A stretch of 64,000 nt of DNA from Candidatus Latescibacterota bacterium (GTDB lineage: Bacteria > Latescibacterota > UBA2968), in contig OZ242311.1 in assembly GCA_965207885.1 (NCBI GenBank), positions 1,536,001-1,600,000 on the forward strand, written 5' to 3'. The position numbers were made by a program, and so were the translations under genes. The first letter of the stretch is position 1, and every line of letters begins with the position of its first letter. Below are positions 28,803-39,108 of this stretch, piece after piece. Under the pieces are notes generated by a model. It did no database searches. It saw only the letters and a program-made list of their open reading frames with translations, and was not told where the DNA came from.

Positions 28803-30698
28803 TCAATACCACGAGGACCACGTGGTGGGGGGTCTGGGCAAATTGTCAGGCGACGCGCTTTCCTCAAATGGCATAACAAATGTCAAACGCGTCTTTAAGA
28901 TAACATTTTCATCAATTCTATTCACGCGAACAAAAAAATCTTCGAGCGTTTCATCACGCCCAAAAGGATCAAAAAATCCAAAAGGACCGCCACCGTCTTC
29001 AGCAGAATCTGGCCCTAATGTCGCTACAGAACCCACTTCGAGTTCATAAACACCCGCGGGAAGCGTATCGGGCAGGCTAAATGCCATCTCGATTTCCCGA
29101 TCCTCACGCCGCCCCACGCGCAGCGAAGTCGCAACAGACAACGTACTCCCGGCACTGGCAACCGTATCTGCAGCAACGCCTACTATCTTTGCAAAACGCG
29201 ATTCGGAGAATATATCAACATGAATCTCTGCCTCGCGCATCTGCACGGCGTAATCATTCCTTGTCATGAGTTGCGAGAGTATCCTTCTCAGGTCAGCAGA
29301 GGCATTGTCAGCCAAATACCAAAGCCGTCCTTCTGGCTCTACATAGAGCCGAGAGCGAGCCAGTATTGAATCTGTCTCCACAAAAGAAATATCCGTCCTG
29401 ACACGCACACTGCGATTCGGCTCGTTTTCAACCCGGCTAACCAAAGGCCAGAACAAAGCCTCTGCAACGAGATCGGCTGTCGTAAAGGGTTCGAGGCCAA
29501 CCGCCGCCACCCTGTGCGTAAGCTCAAGTACATGCCCCGAAGAAAACGTATATACGCTCTTGACAGGTATCAATTCTGGCCCCTCGCCAAGCACACCGCG
29601 AACCGCGGGCAAACGGTCCTCAGTCAGCGTCCCCCGCACCGTTGGATTCAGCGTTGCAAACTTAAACGGCGCTCTTAGATTGGATATTTGACCGAGCACC
29701 ACTGCTTCTATGATAGGCAGTTCTACCGCACCCAAATCGTCCATCGAATGCCCAAAACCATATATCCGATTGCCATCGACGTATGATATGGTCCCCAAAG
29801 AACCGAACGTAACCTCACCCAGCATCAAACCAACAGCCAGTGGCCTACCCGCCGCAAAACTATCCTGACTTTGTGCGGCTCTCCCCGCTGGCGTCAACTC
29901 ACCTTGAAAGGGCGAATCAGATAGCTGGTATGCCGGATTGAATCCCGTGCCCAGCAGGGGAATAGTCAGAGGTTTAATACCATTCCCCTCCCAGGTAGTT
30001 AGGCGTTTAGCCAATGGAATCGCGCCCTTATTGCCAATTATCCATTCTATCGGCGTTGCAAAAAAATAATACGGCGGGCTATCCTGTGAATTAAAACCAT
30101 ACGCAATAGCACCCCATGTGCCTTGCTCAGTAAAAATTGGAGAACCACTCATACCCTGGGCAATTCCCCCGAGTTGTATCAAAACAGGATCGGAAGCTTC
30201 GACCATATAAACAGGCATTGGCGGGAGTAAATCATCAACCACCTGGATGAACGTCATTTCGAGATCTGCAAGCTGTCCATTGGCAAATTCGGTCCGCATG
30301 AATACGGGCGTGCCTACAGGCATATTACGAACCTCGTCAATCGAAACAATAGATGAAAGATCCCATGGCTTTAATTCCCCTGTTGGACGCACAATATCTT
30401 CTGTGTCTCTAAACACTGCTTTACCAAAATGCTCGACAAATAACAGAAAATCGTCAAAAGCAATCTCGCCATCGCCATTCAGATCGTACCTGGATTCGTA
30501 CGCCGCATCGCCACGACTGAACCCGAACTTATCTACAAATTGCAAAAAGTCGGGGAAATCGACAACACCGCTTCCATCAAAATCTGGATTGAAGCCCGAT
30601 TGTAACGCGCTCTGAAGGGGTTGAATTAGAAACAAAATGGATAGGCTTGCAAAGACCAAAACCTGCGCCAAACAGGTATAGAATCGCAGTTTCCGCAT
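28803..30698 (-). CDS. Secreted SpoIVB (S55) peptidase-like protein with N-terminal dockerin/EF-hand domain; C-terminus probably frameshifted
   Basis: DFDGSGVVDFPDF/DLNGDGEIAFDDF repeats; GIAQGMSGSP, GAIAYG, GTISY, GFGH; a plausible C-terminus continues in the +1 frame to 28712. Confidence 0.85.
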   Translation of the reverse strand: MRKLRFYTCLAQVLVFASLSILFLIQPLQSALQSGFNPDFDGSGVVDFPDFLQFVDKFGFSRGDAAYESRYDLNGDGEIAFDDFLLFVEHFGKAVFRDTEDIVRPTGELKPWDLSSIVSIDEVRNMPVGTPVFMRTEFANGQLADLEMTFIQVVDDLLPPMPVYMVEASDPVLIQLGGIAQGMSGSPIFTEQGTWGAIAYGFNSQDSPPYYFFATPIEWIIGNKGAIPLAKRLTTWEGNGIKPLTIPLLGTGFNPAYQLSDSPFQGELTPAGRAAQSQDSFAAGRPLAVGLMLGEVTFGSLGTISYVDGNRIYGFGHSMDDLGAVELPIIEAVVLGQISNLRAPFKFATLNPTVRGTLTEDRLPAVRGVLGEGPELIPVKSVYTFSSGHVLELTHRVAAVGLEPFTTADLVAEALFWPLVSRVENEPNRSVRVRTDISFVETDSILARSRLYVEPEGRLWYLADNASADLRRILSQLMTRNDYAVQMREAEIHVDIFSESRFAKIVGVAADTVASAGSTLSVATSLRVGRREDREIEMAFSLPDTLPAGVYELEVGSVATLGPDSAEDGGGPFGFFDPFGRDETLEDFFVRVNRIDENVILKTRLTFVMPFEESASPDNLPRPPTTWSSWY

Positions 30699-30807
30699 TA
30701 GTTTTCTCCTCTCATTGGATTTTAAAAGCTATTTTAAACTATATCCCAATCACATACGTCAAACAGATTACATCATACCCTCCTCCTCTCTCCCCCAGCC
30801 TTCACTA

Positions 30808-31644
30808 TTACTGAACGAGCTTGATCTCAAACAATTTGGGCCACCACTTACCCGTAACAAAAATGCGGTCAGTCGCGGCATCATAGGCAATGCCATTTAG
30901 CACACCAACGCGGTGGTGCAAACGATCGGTTTGAGAGAGAATACCCGCGAGATTGATCCATCCTGTAATCCTCCCACTTTGGGGATCGATGCGGGCAATG
31001 CGATCGGTTTGCCATACATTGGCGAAAATCTGTCCCTTGATATATTCAAGCTCGTTGAGATAATGAACAGGACCCGTGCTATCGGTCACTTCAATGCGCC
31101 CAACTTCTCTAAATGTATTGGGATCCCGAAAATAAATAATATTCGTACCATCGCTCATAATCAGCTTTTCGCCATCGTGAGTAAGCCCCCAGCCCTCCGT
31201 AGAATATGTAAATTTGACCTGTAACTCAAATGTGTTCTTGTCGTACACAAAGCATATACCCGATTTCCACGTAAGTTGATACAGGCGGTCGCCAAAAATC
31301 GCGACACCCTCGCCAAAAAAATTGGACGCAATGCTTTTCTGCGCCAAAACCGCGCCTGTGGCAGGCATAATCTTGCGAATGGTTGAAGCACCGTAGTTTC
31401 CGGTACCTTCATAAAAAAAACCATCTTCAAAAACCAAACCCTGGGTAAAAGCATTGGGATCGTGTAAATAGGTATTGACAATAGTGTAGGTATAGACAGA
31501 CGGAAGTGCAGATTCCTCTACTTCTGAATCTGCACCTGGAAGAGGCGGCGTCTGGTTGCACATCGTAAAAAAGAATATGCACCAACAAATACAGAAAACG
31601 CGCACCCATCTTTTGGCATAGGCAATCAATGGCTTAATTCCCAA
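30808..31644 (-). CDS. Glutaminyl-peptide cyclotransferase
   Basis: HD..AFTQGL, EGTG.YG, FGEG, QLTWK, EGWGL, SDGT, LNELE, VLNGIAYD, TGKWWP. Start uncertain. Confidence 0.93.
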   Translation of the reverse strand: MGIKPLIAYAKRWVRVFCICWCIFFFTMCNQTPPLPGADSEVEESALPSVYTYTIVNTYLHDPNAFTQGLVFEDGFFYEGTGNYGASTIRKIMPATGAVLAQKSIASNFFGEGVAIFGDRLYQLTWKSGICFVYDKNTFELQVKFTYSTEGWGLTHDGEKLIMSDGTNIIYFRDPNTFREVGRIEVTDSTGPVHYLNELEYIKGQIFANVWQTDRIARIDPQSGRITGWINLAGILSQTDRLHHRVGVLNGIAYDAATDRIFVTGKWWPKLFEIKLVQ

Positions 31645-31756
31645 AAATTTCAGACAGTTAATGCGACAGACCTCACATCGTCCTTGTTAAATATAAGATT
31701 ATAGCACATAATACTCAAGAAGATGAATATCCGAAAAACGCAATTGGAGGTAAGTC

Positions 31757-33010
31757 ATGGCCGAAGGTAAATTCGACCTGCTGTTAAAAGGCGGGCGGGT
31801 GATTGATCCCGCCAATAAGGTAAATGGATTATGCGATGTGGGAATTGCAGATAGCAAAATTGCAAAAGTAGAAGCGGATATCGCCGCAGAAGAAGCAGAC
31901 CATGTGGTAGATGTATCTGGTCTGCTGGTAACACCCGGATTGATCGATATTCACATCCACGCCTACTTCACCCGAGCGCCAGGAGAGGGCCTATTCGGTT
32001 CAAGCCTGAATCCAGACGCACATTTCCCACATTCTGGCGTAACAACATGCGTAGATACGGGCACTGCAGGATGTGAGGAAATAGCGCATTTTCGCCAAAC
32101 CGTCATGGAACATGCAAAAACGCGAGTACTGGCTTACGTAAATATTTCTGCACCCGGTATGGGCGCGCCCGAACAGGATATCCGAACTTTTGACGTAGAT
32201 GGCGCTGCGCGAGCCGCCCTCGAACACAGCGAAGTAGTCGTCGGCATCAAAACAGCACATTACTGGACAAGCGCGCCATTTGACGACATGCACCCCCCCT
32301 GGGAATCGGTGGAAAAAGCAGTAGAAGCGGGCGATGGATGTGGCATGCCCGTCATGGTCGATTTTTGGCCGCGTCCGCCCGAACGATCCTACCCCGCATT
32401 AATCCTCGAAAAACTCCGTCCAGGTGATATTCACACCCATGTCTATGCGCGACAATTCCCCGTAGTAGATGACAGCGGAAACGTCCAGCCGTATATGTTT
32501 GAAGCCAGAGAACGCGGAATCTGGTTTGACCTGGGGCACGGTGCCGCGAGTTTCTGGTATCGCAACGGAGCGCGAGCCATTGCCAATGGATTTGCCCCCG
32601 ACTCCATCAGCACAGACCTGCACATGGGTAATATCTCCGGTACCGTATTCAGCATGCAAGACACCATGTCAAAATGTCTGGCAATGGGCATGGCCCTCGA
32701 AGACGTAATTTACAGATCAACCGCGACACCAGCCCGTGCAATCGGACGCCCGGAATTGGGCACACTATCGGTAGGAGCAGAAGCGGACATCGCAGTATTG
32801 GCCCTCGAAACCGGAAACTTCTCATTTCAAGACTGCGGCTATACGCGAATAGACACAGATCAACGCCTGATCTGTCGGCTCACAATTCGCAATGGACAGA
32901 TCATCTTTGATCGAGACGCACGCACCGTACCCCATTGGGAAGACGCACCCCCCGAATACTGGCCAGTAACTGAAACACCCGTCAGGGTCCCCAGATTGTG
33001 GCGGGCATAA
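31757..33010 (+). CDS. Amidohydrolase/deacetylase family metallohydrolase (dihydroorotase-like)
   Basis: RBS GGAGG; PGLIDIHIH, GVTT.VD.G, VGIK, LRPGDI.TH, FDLGHG, ISTDLH. Confidence 0.9.
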   Translation: MAEGKFDLLLKGGRVIDPANKVNGLCDVGIADSKIAKVEADIAAEEADHVVDVSGLLVTPGLIDIHIHAYFTRAPGEGLFGSSLNPDAHFPHSGVTTCVDTGTAGCEEIAHFRQTVMEHAKTRVLAYVNISAPGMGAPEQDIRTFDVDGAARAALEHSEVVVGIKTAHYWTSAPFDDMHPPWESVEKAVEAGDGCGMPVMVDFWPRPPERSYPALILEKLRPGDIHTHVYARQFPVVDDSGNVQPYMFEARERGIWFDLGHGAASFWYRNGARAIANGFAPDSISTDLHMGNISGTVFSMQDTMSKCLAMGMALEDVIYRSTATPARAIGRPELGTLSVGAEADIAVLALETGNFSFQDCGYTRIDTDQRLICRLTIRNGQIIFDRDARTVPHWEDAPPEYWPVTETPVRVPRLWRA

Positions 33011-33023
33011 GTGATAGATAACG

Positions 33024-34031
33024 TCAATCCAGCGTTTCTGGGCGCACCATCTCGCCTCGTTCGGCCGATGTATCGGCTGCACATGCCGCCGCGAGCGAAT
33101 CGAAGGCATCTTCACCGGTCACCGCGATCGGTGCATTGTTCACGACCGAATCGACAAACGCGCAAACGGCCCCCGTGATCCCCGACGCTGTACTGTTGTC
33201 CAAACCGCTTAAATCTTCCCAGTCCTCTGCCCCTTCGCGATAGACATGCGGTCCCACAATCATGCCTTCAGAAGCAACCACTCGGAACATATCGTCGAGA
33301 AAATTCGAGCGCGGGCATCGCGCCTCATAGGTCACCGTAACCTGACCCACAACGCCACCTGCAAACTGGAACAGGGCGGATGTTGTTTTGTCTCTCGGAA
33401 ACTCCAGATTGCCAAGCCGATTGGCGAAAGCACAGACAGACTCCACAGGTCGTCCTGCGAAATGTCGCGCAAGATCCACTTCGTGAATGCCCGAACCGTT
33501 CAAGGCACTCCGACCCGCCTCTACCGACGCATACCACGGCGAACGCGCAAATTGCCCACGCTTGTCCTGGATCGCATCGATACGGAGGTGGATCAGATCG
33601 CCTACTTCGCCAGCATCGAGAATCGCTTTGATTCGCTTGAAGCGTGGCCGGAACCTGCGCTCGTGCGCAACCATCACTTTCTTCCCTGTCGCCTTCGCCG
33701 CGGCCAAAATTGCACGCGCGTCCTCGAGATTCGTCGCAAGCGGTTTTGTCTGCAACACATGGGCTCCAGCCTCGAAGCAAGCCGTTGAATGTGGCCGATG
33801 GAGATGGTCGGGGGTCACGACACACACCGCGTCAGGACGCTCCTTTTCGAGCATAACCTCAATCATCTCATAGACGGCATCCACCTTGTCGTGCTCCCTT
33901 TGAACCATTTCGGCTCGATCGGCGTCCAGATCTACCAGGACAATCCTATCTACATCCGGATGCCCAACCAGTCCACGAACAAAATGCTGGCCCAACCCAA
34001 GCCCCACTACTGCTGCCTTTATTGATCCCAT
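33024..34031 (-). CDS. Gfo/Idh/MocA family oxidoreductase
   Basis: Start MGSIKAAVVGLGLG at 34031 (RBS AAGGAG); TPDHLH, KP, GIHEVD. Confidence 0.9.
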   Translation of the reverse strand: MGSIKAAVVGLGLGQHFVRGLVGHPDVDRIVLVDLDADRAEMVQREHDKVDAVYEMIEVMLEKERPDAVCVVTPDHLHRPHSTACFEAGAHVLQTKPLATNLEDARAILAAAKATGKKVMVAHERRFRPRFKRIKAILDAGEVGDLIHLRIDAIQDKRGQFARSPWYASVEAGRSALNGSGIHEVDLARHFAGRPVESVCAFANRLGNLEFPRDKTTSALFQFAGGVVGQVTVTYEARCPRSNFLDDMFRVVASEGMIVGPHVYREGAEDWEDLSGLDNSTASGITGAVCAFVDSVVNNAPIAVTGEDAFDSLAAACAADTSAERGEMVRPETLD

Positions 34032-34053
34032 AACGTCTCCTTTATGGATTAGC

Positions 34054-34086
34054 AAAAAGGCGATCCACCGCAATGGACCGCCTTTT
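34054..34086 (-). terminator. Putative intrinsic terminator after the ZIP gene
   Basis: Minus strand AAAAGGCGGTCCA-loop-TGGATCGCCTTTTT. Confidence 0.6.
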
Positions 34087-34108
34087 CTTTTTTTAACATT
34101 CCTCAGCG

Positions 34109-34942
34109 TCAATGCATTTCGTGCGTCTCCAACCCGTGCATAGCTCCGGACTCGATAAAATACAGCCCATACGCGAGAGCGATCCCTACGAGAAAGCACA
34201 CAGTGAGCTTGACTCGGTCGTGACTGTGAAAATGGATTTCCGGTAGCAGATCGCTCAGGGAAATACACAGAAACGCGCCGGCTGCAAAGACCAGCACATA
34301 CCCGATCACCTGTTCCTCCCAATGCCCCAAAAGACCAATCCCCCAAAAAGTCAGTAAAGCCACCACCGGACAGAGCAGGGCGAATCCGATATTAACTGCT
34401 ATACGAGCACGGAGGCTATGACCCGCGGCCTGCAACAAACCGATAATAGAGAACGCGTCGAGTGGCTTGTGGAAAAGAATCGCAAGAAACACTCCGAGTC
34501 CTGCTAAACCGGCTTCGCCTTCATGCAGTTCACCAACCCGGATGCTGGTGCCCAAAGCGATGCCCTCGGTCACCGTATGCAGACCCAGCCCCAGAGCAAT
34601 GCCGATCACCCTGCTTTCGGGACTGGTATGCTCGTGGAGAAAATCACCTGCCTCATCGCTGAAATCGTGCTGGTGAAAGTGAAAGATACGCAGCAACAGA
34701 ACCATCAGTACGATGCCAAACACCATCAATCCCATGGCTTTTTCGACAGCACCTGGCCCGGGAATCCATACCAGACCGTGTGGCACGAGATGATACAGGG
34801 CAATCCCCAGAATGAAACCCGCAACAAAACTCATCACCGTCTGGATGCGCGTATGCGTCATGGTAACCTTTGCTGGCAAATATCCGCCGAGCAAAGACGC
34901 GGCAATGATAGCGATAGAGTATCCTATAAAAAGAGGTAGCAA
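34109..34942 (-). CDS. ZIP family metal transporter
   Basis: His-rich loop HFHQH, LHTVTEGIALG, HKPLD, DLLPE.HFHSHD. Confidence 0.92.
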   Translation of the reverse strand: MLPLFIGYSIAIIAASLLGGYLPAKVTMTHTRIQTVMSFVAGFILGIALYHLVPHGLVWIPGPGAVEKAMGLMVFGIVLMVLLLRIFHFHQHDFSDEAGDFLHEHTSPESRVIGIALGLGLHTVTEGIALGTSIRVGELHEGEAGLAGLGVFLAILFHKPLDAFSIIGLLQAAGHSLRARIAVNIGFALLCPVVALLTFWGIGLLGHWEEQVIGYVLVFAAGAFLCISLSDLLPEIHFHSHDRVKLTVCFLVGIALAYGLYFIESGAMHGLETHEMH

Positions 34943-35000
34943 ATTCGAATCCGCAGTGATTTAAACCAAAAACTCAAATGATCTGGATTGATTATAGATA

Positions 35001-36251
35001 TCACAGTTTGAACAGAGGGCGGATATTGAACAACATATCCTCATAGCCACTCTTAAAAGCACCTGCGCGGAATCGCCAAACAATCAGGGCGATCATGGCA
35101 AAAGCACTACCCCATTGGATGAGTTGAATGGTCTCTGACTCCGAGGGACCAAGGTACACGGGAATCGTCACGCCGATGGCGAGAAGCAGAATATCAACCG
35201 CAATGCCCAGCACGACAGTAACTGCGATCACCGATGAGACATAGATGGATGTAAAGCGCGTGCCGAACTGGCTGACAATAATCGCAATAGTGCCCGTATT
35301 GGTCGCCGGTCCAGTCATCAGAAAAATCATCGCCGCGCCAGGACTAAACCCCTTGGCGACCAGCGCGGCGGCTATCGGAGTACTCGCGGACGCACAGATA
35401 TAGAGAGGTACACCAACCAGCACCATAACGGGGTAGGACAACCAGCGCGCATACGCATTTGACATCAGATCGCTCGGAATCGCCAGATAGATCACGCCTC
35501 CCAGCGCGATGCCCACGATCAACGCAAACAGAATATCGTCCGCTATTTCGACAAAGCCATAGCGAAAAATATGCCTGACGACTTTTTTAAAAGTCAAATC
35601 GTCCGCAGAAATTTGTTTGTCGTTGGCCCGAACCATATCGCGTTTGTCGTGATTGACCTTCCTCACCCAACCAAAAAATAACGTCTTCAGTTGTGAGGGA
35701 CTAACGTAGCAATCATCGCTTCCAGACACCAGAGGTTCGTGCCCATGGTCGTGGTCACATTCATGATCGCAGTCGTGACCGTGGTCAAGACTGCGATCGC
35801 TCCTCTCAGTCTCGTCGCGATCATCTCGTATGAGACCAATACAAAATATACCGGCGACAACTGCGGTAATAAAACTGATGAAGGGCCTGACAATAGCGAC
35901 AATAAATCCAAAAAATGCGTTCGTGACCAGAATCGAATCCGCACCTGTTTCCGGCGCCGTGATCAGAAAAGACATACAGGACGAACGGGACGCACCCTTA
36001 TTGCGCATCTCGGCAACTACTGGCACAACCGAGCAACTGCAAAGCGGCACCGGCACGCCGACGGCAGCACTTGTGCTTACGGATTTCAAGCTATCCTCAC
36101 GCAACCACCGCAAAATAGCCTCACGCGAGATAAATACGTGAATCAGGCCAGAAAGAAATAGCCCGAGGATTAGCATAGGCGCTAACAACAAAAACGATAA
36201 CCAGAGAAAATCAAGAAAACTGGTCAATACCTGGAGAACTTTTAAAACCAA
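35001..36251 (-). CDS. Predicted metal permease (ArsP/DUF318, SO_0444-like)
   Basis: PLCSCSVVP, APETGADS, His/Cys loop HGHDCDHECDHDHGH, PLYICASASTP, GPATN. Confidence 0.9.
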   Translation of the reverse strand: MVLKVLQVLTSFLDFLWLSFLLLAPMLILGLFLSGLIHVFISREAILRWLREDSLKSVSTSAAVGVPVPLCSCSVVPVVAEMRNKGASRSSCMSFLITAPETGADSILVTNAFFGFIVAIVRPFISFITAVVAGIFCIGLIRDDRDETERSDRSLDHGHDCDHECDHDHGHEPLVSGSDDCYVSPSQLKTLFFGWVRKVNHDKRDMVRANDKQISADDLTFKKVVRHIFRYGFVEIADDILFALIVGIALGGVIYLAIPSDLMSNAYARWLSYPVMVLVGVPLYICASASTPIAAALVAKGFSPGAAMIFLMTGPATNTGTIAIIVSQFGTRFTSIYVSSVIAVTVVLGIAVDILLLAIGVTIPVYLGPSESETIQLIQWGSAFAMIALIVWRFRAGAFKSGYEDMLFNIRPLFKL

Positions 36252-36357
36252 TTGACCTCACTCTCTCTGCCAGACAGATGACGTGCTGGCCATCAACCCG
36301 GGCGGTTGTTGGCCTTTATCATTTCCATTTGTATTTACAGTTTTTTTAACTTCTAAC

Positions 36358-37620
36358 TCATTCACATGTAAGACCGAGCCAGACATCCACCTGACCCGCT
36401 GTGAGAAGCCACTCGAACCAGGCCTGCCAGACCTGCCCGCGCAGATCAAGGGCACTTTCCTGTACATCCAGGGTCTCTCCCAATTGACTCAAATAATCGA
36501 CCGTACTGAGATCCCCAGCCTGCCAGAGTCGGCGCAGTTGCTCGCTTTGTCGGTCCAGGCTCTTCCGCCCTGTATGTTCCCACTCATCCCAGGCAGAGCG
36601 CGATAACTCGTATCGCGCTGCCGCACTGGTCAGGGAAGCGTGTGCCATCTGCACTGCGTCATCGGCGAGTTGTTGCGCCTGGACGCGCGCTGCCATGGCC
36701 GCGGTAACCTCATGTGCAAAGCGGTTCCGAATCGGAAGCGGAATGGACAGACCCAAACCGATCAACCTTTCACCATCTTCGTATCCACCAGTGAGACTCA
36801 GTGTCGGGTCTGGACGACGTTCGCGTCGTTGCAATCCCACCACAGCATCAGCCATAGTGACCCGCTGCCGCGTAGCTACAACCCCGGGTAGTGCCAGCAC
36901 CAGGGCCTGCGAATCAGCACTTTGCTCAGGTATCTCTGGTAGTTTTTCGGGAAGAGAGGGCCACTGCGCCTCGGGTATTCGCGGGCCAAGGCTGTACACC
37001 GCTTGTCGCGCTTCGGCCAGATCGGCGGCCACCATTGCTTTTTGAATACGCACCTCGGTCAGGGAAAGGATGGCCTGATCGAGTGCCACCTGGTCTAACT
37101 CACCAGCCTCAAACTGACGCTGCGCCAATGTCGCAAACTCCTCCATCAACTGCTGGCGCGTCTGGGCCAGGCGAGCGCGTTCAACGCCAGTCTGGTATTG
37201 CACGAGACCATTGAGCAAATCTACCGCAACCGCCCATCGGGCATCCAAGTACTCCGCCTCGGCAACGAGGCGGTCTAACTCCGCCACTGCGGTACGCGCC
37301 TTGCGTTTGCCGCCCCAGTCCAGTGTCTGACTAATCGATAGTGTGCGTATTCTGGCTTGTGCATTCTCAGCATCCAACGACAATTCGGGATTGTAGAGGG
37401 GGCGCGACGCGGCATCCCTAAGCGCACTACTCGCTTCTAAACCCGCGCGTGCTGCCTGCACACGAGGATTAGAATCGACAACAGCTTGCACAAAACGCGT
37501 TAACGCGATACTCGCCCGGGCATTTTCCAGAACCGTTGTCTCAGCGACCAGTGTCGTCCAGGACACCAATATCAGGCCACACAATACGAAGGCGTGTCGA
37601 TAACATAGTTTGAGCATCAA
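36358..37620 (-). CDS. TolC/CzcC-like outer membrane efflux protein
   Basis: Signal peptide, NPEL, SQTLDWGGKR.AR, RPDPTL, GLSIPLP.RNR. Confidence 0.9.
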   Translation of the reverse strand: MMLKLCYRHAFVLCGLILVSWTTLVAETTVLENARASIALTRFVQAVVDSNPRVQAARAGLEASSALRDAASRPLYNPELSLDAENAQARIRTLSISQTLDWGGKRKARTAVAELDRLVAEAEYLDARWAVAVDLLNGLVQYQTGVERARLAQTRQQLMEEFATLAQRQFEAGELDQVALDQAILSLTEVRIQKAMVAADLAEARQAVYSLGPRIPEAQWPSLPEKLPEIPEQSADSQALVLALPGVVATRQRVTMADAVVGLQRRERRPDPTLSLTGGYEDGERLIGLGLSIPLPIRNRFAHEVTAAMAARVQAQQLADDAVQMAHASLTSAAARYELSRSAWDEWEHTGRKSLDRQSEQLRRLWQAGDLSTVDYLSQLGETLDVQESALDLRGQVWQAWFEWLLTAGQVDVWLGLTCE

Positions 37621-37725
37621 TCATCCTCCTGATGGTGACAATGAAAATCCCCTGCGAATCAAAAGTAATCTGGAAAATTTTATCGCGAAAATATAGAGCC
37701 AAACCAACCAATTGTCTATAAACGA

Positions 37726-39108
37726 TTAAATTTGGTGCTTTTTCCAATGGCCCTGGGCGAATTTGCGAACGGTAAGCACACCCTGTACAATACTGTAAAC
37801 AATAAGCGCGGCCCAGATACCGTAAATATCAAACCCAAGCGTAAACCCCAGAACATAAGCGACGGGCAGGCGAACGAGCCACTGGGCAATCAGAGTATAA
37901 TACATCGGAGGCATCGTATCGCCAGCACCTCTGAGACTCCCGCTACTCGTATTGGAAGCACACAAAAAAGGTTCGGCAATAACCATCGCGTAAAGATAGA
38001 TGACACCGGTACTGATCACCTCTTGTGCATCCGTAAATATCGACATGAAAACGCCAGCAAACACCACGGCGGGCAGCGACAGAGCGATATTGGTCACAAC
38101 AGAAATAAAGAGAATAGTCCAACCGTGGCGCTCTGCACCTGCGGGATCTCTCGCCCCCAAATGCTGCCCCACCATAGCCGTTGCAACCGTACCAAAAGAC
38201 AGCCCGGTTCGCCGCAAAATGTGTTCCAACTGACTCCCAATCGCATACGCTGCAACCGCAGTTGTAGATAATGTGGACATGGCAATGAATTTGAGATAAA
38301 CCACACCTGAGCCATTGCGCAAAATGCCTTGCAGGCCAGAAGGCACACCAATTTTGAGAATGCGGCGCGCAACATCCCAGTTAAATCTGTAGGACGTATC
38401 GGGCAAAAGTGTGAGCGCAAAACGCCCGCTATAAAGACACCCAAGTCCAATCAAGGTTGCCGTACTGCGCCCTAAAAGACCGGCAACAGCAGCCCCCACA
38501 ACGCCCAATTCCGGCAAACCCCAGTGACCAAAGATTAGGAGATAACACATCACAATTTGAATGCTACTACTCATCAAACTCAAAAAGAAAGGCGTGCGCG
38601 TATCCCCAGCACCCTGAAAGCAACTCGCAATCGCGCGATTCAGCGTCATAAAAGGAACGCCCAGAAAAAAAACCTGTAAATACGGCGTACCCAGCGCCGC
38701 CACCTCGGAATCAGAGGTCATCATCGGAATCAAAAAAGGCGAAAGAGCCAAACTGCCCAGACCAAAAGCGATACTAAAGAAAAAAAGCAGGGAAAACGCC
38801 TGCTTCGCCGATGCACTGGCTTCGCGCATAGAATCTGCGCCAATCGCCTGTGCGACCATCGTGAGCGCGCCTCGCGAAATGGACATCATCGCCGTAAAAA
38901 GAACGCGCGTAAACACCTGAGCAATACCCACCGCAGAAAGGGCGACCGGACCGAGCGTCCCGATAAAAATGAGTTGAACCATCATTACAACACTCTCGAT
39001 CTGACCGCCCGCAGCAACGGGCAAGGTCATCCAGAGAATTTTGCGGGTAAGCGAAAGATCGACTTTGCGCTCGGTGGATTCTATTGTCGTTTCGAGTGGT
39101 TTGGACAT
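37726..39108 (-). CDS. MATE family efflux transporter
   Basis: About 12 TM; AQAIGA, QGAGDTRTP, LIFG..G.P.LGV.GAA, LRGAGDT. Confidence 0.93.
   Translation of the reverse strand: MSKPLETTIESTERKVDLSLTRKILWMTLPVAAGGQIESVVMMVQLIFIGTLGPVALSAVGIAQVFTRVLFTAMMSISRGALTMVAQAIGADSMREASASAKQAFSLLFFFSIAFGLGSLALSPFLIPMMTSDSEVAALGTPYLQVFFLGVPFMTLNRAIASCFQGAGDTRTPFFLSLMSSSIQIVMCYLLIFGHWGLPELGVVGAAVAGLLGRSTATLIGLGCLYSGRFALTLLPDTSYRFNWDVARRILKIGVPSGLQGILRNGSGVVYLKFIAMSTLSTTAVAAYAIGSQLEHILRRTGLSFGTVATAMVGQHLGARDPAGAERHGWTILFISVVTNIALSLPAVVFAGVFMSIFTDAQEVISTGVIYLYAMVIAEPFLCASNTSSGSLRGAGDTMPPMYYTLIAQWLVRLPVAYVLGFTLGFDIYGIWAALIVYSIVQGVLTVRKFAQGHWKKHQI

Noticed and set aside
34032-34346. 440-aa version of the Gfo/Idh/MocA ORF overlapping the ZIP gene
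   Set aside because: The extension overlaps ZIP and crosses a terminator; the RBS and Rossmann motif place the start at 34031.
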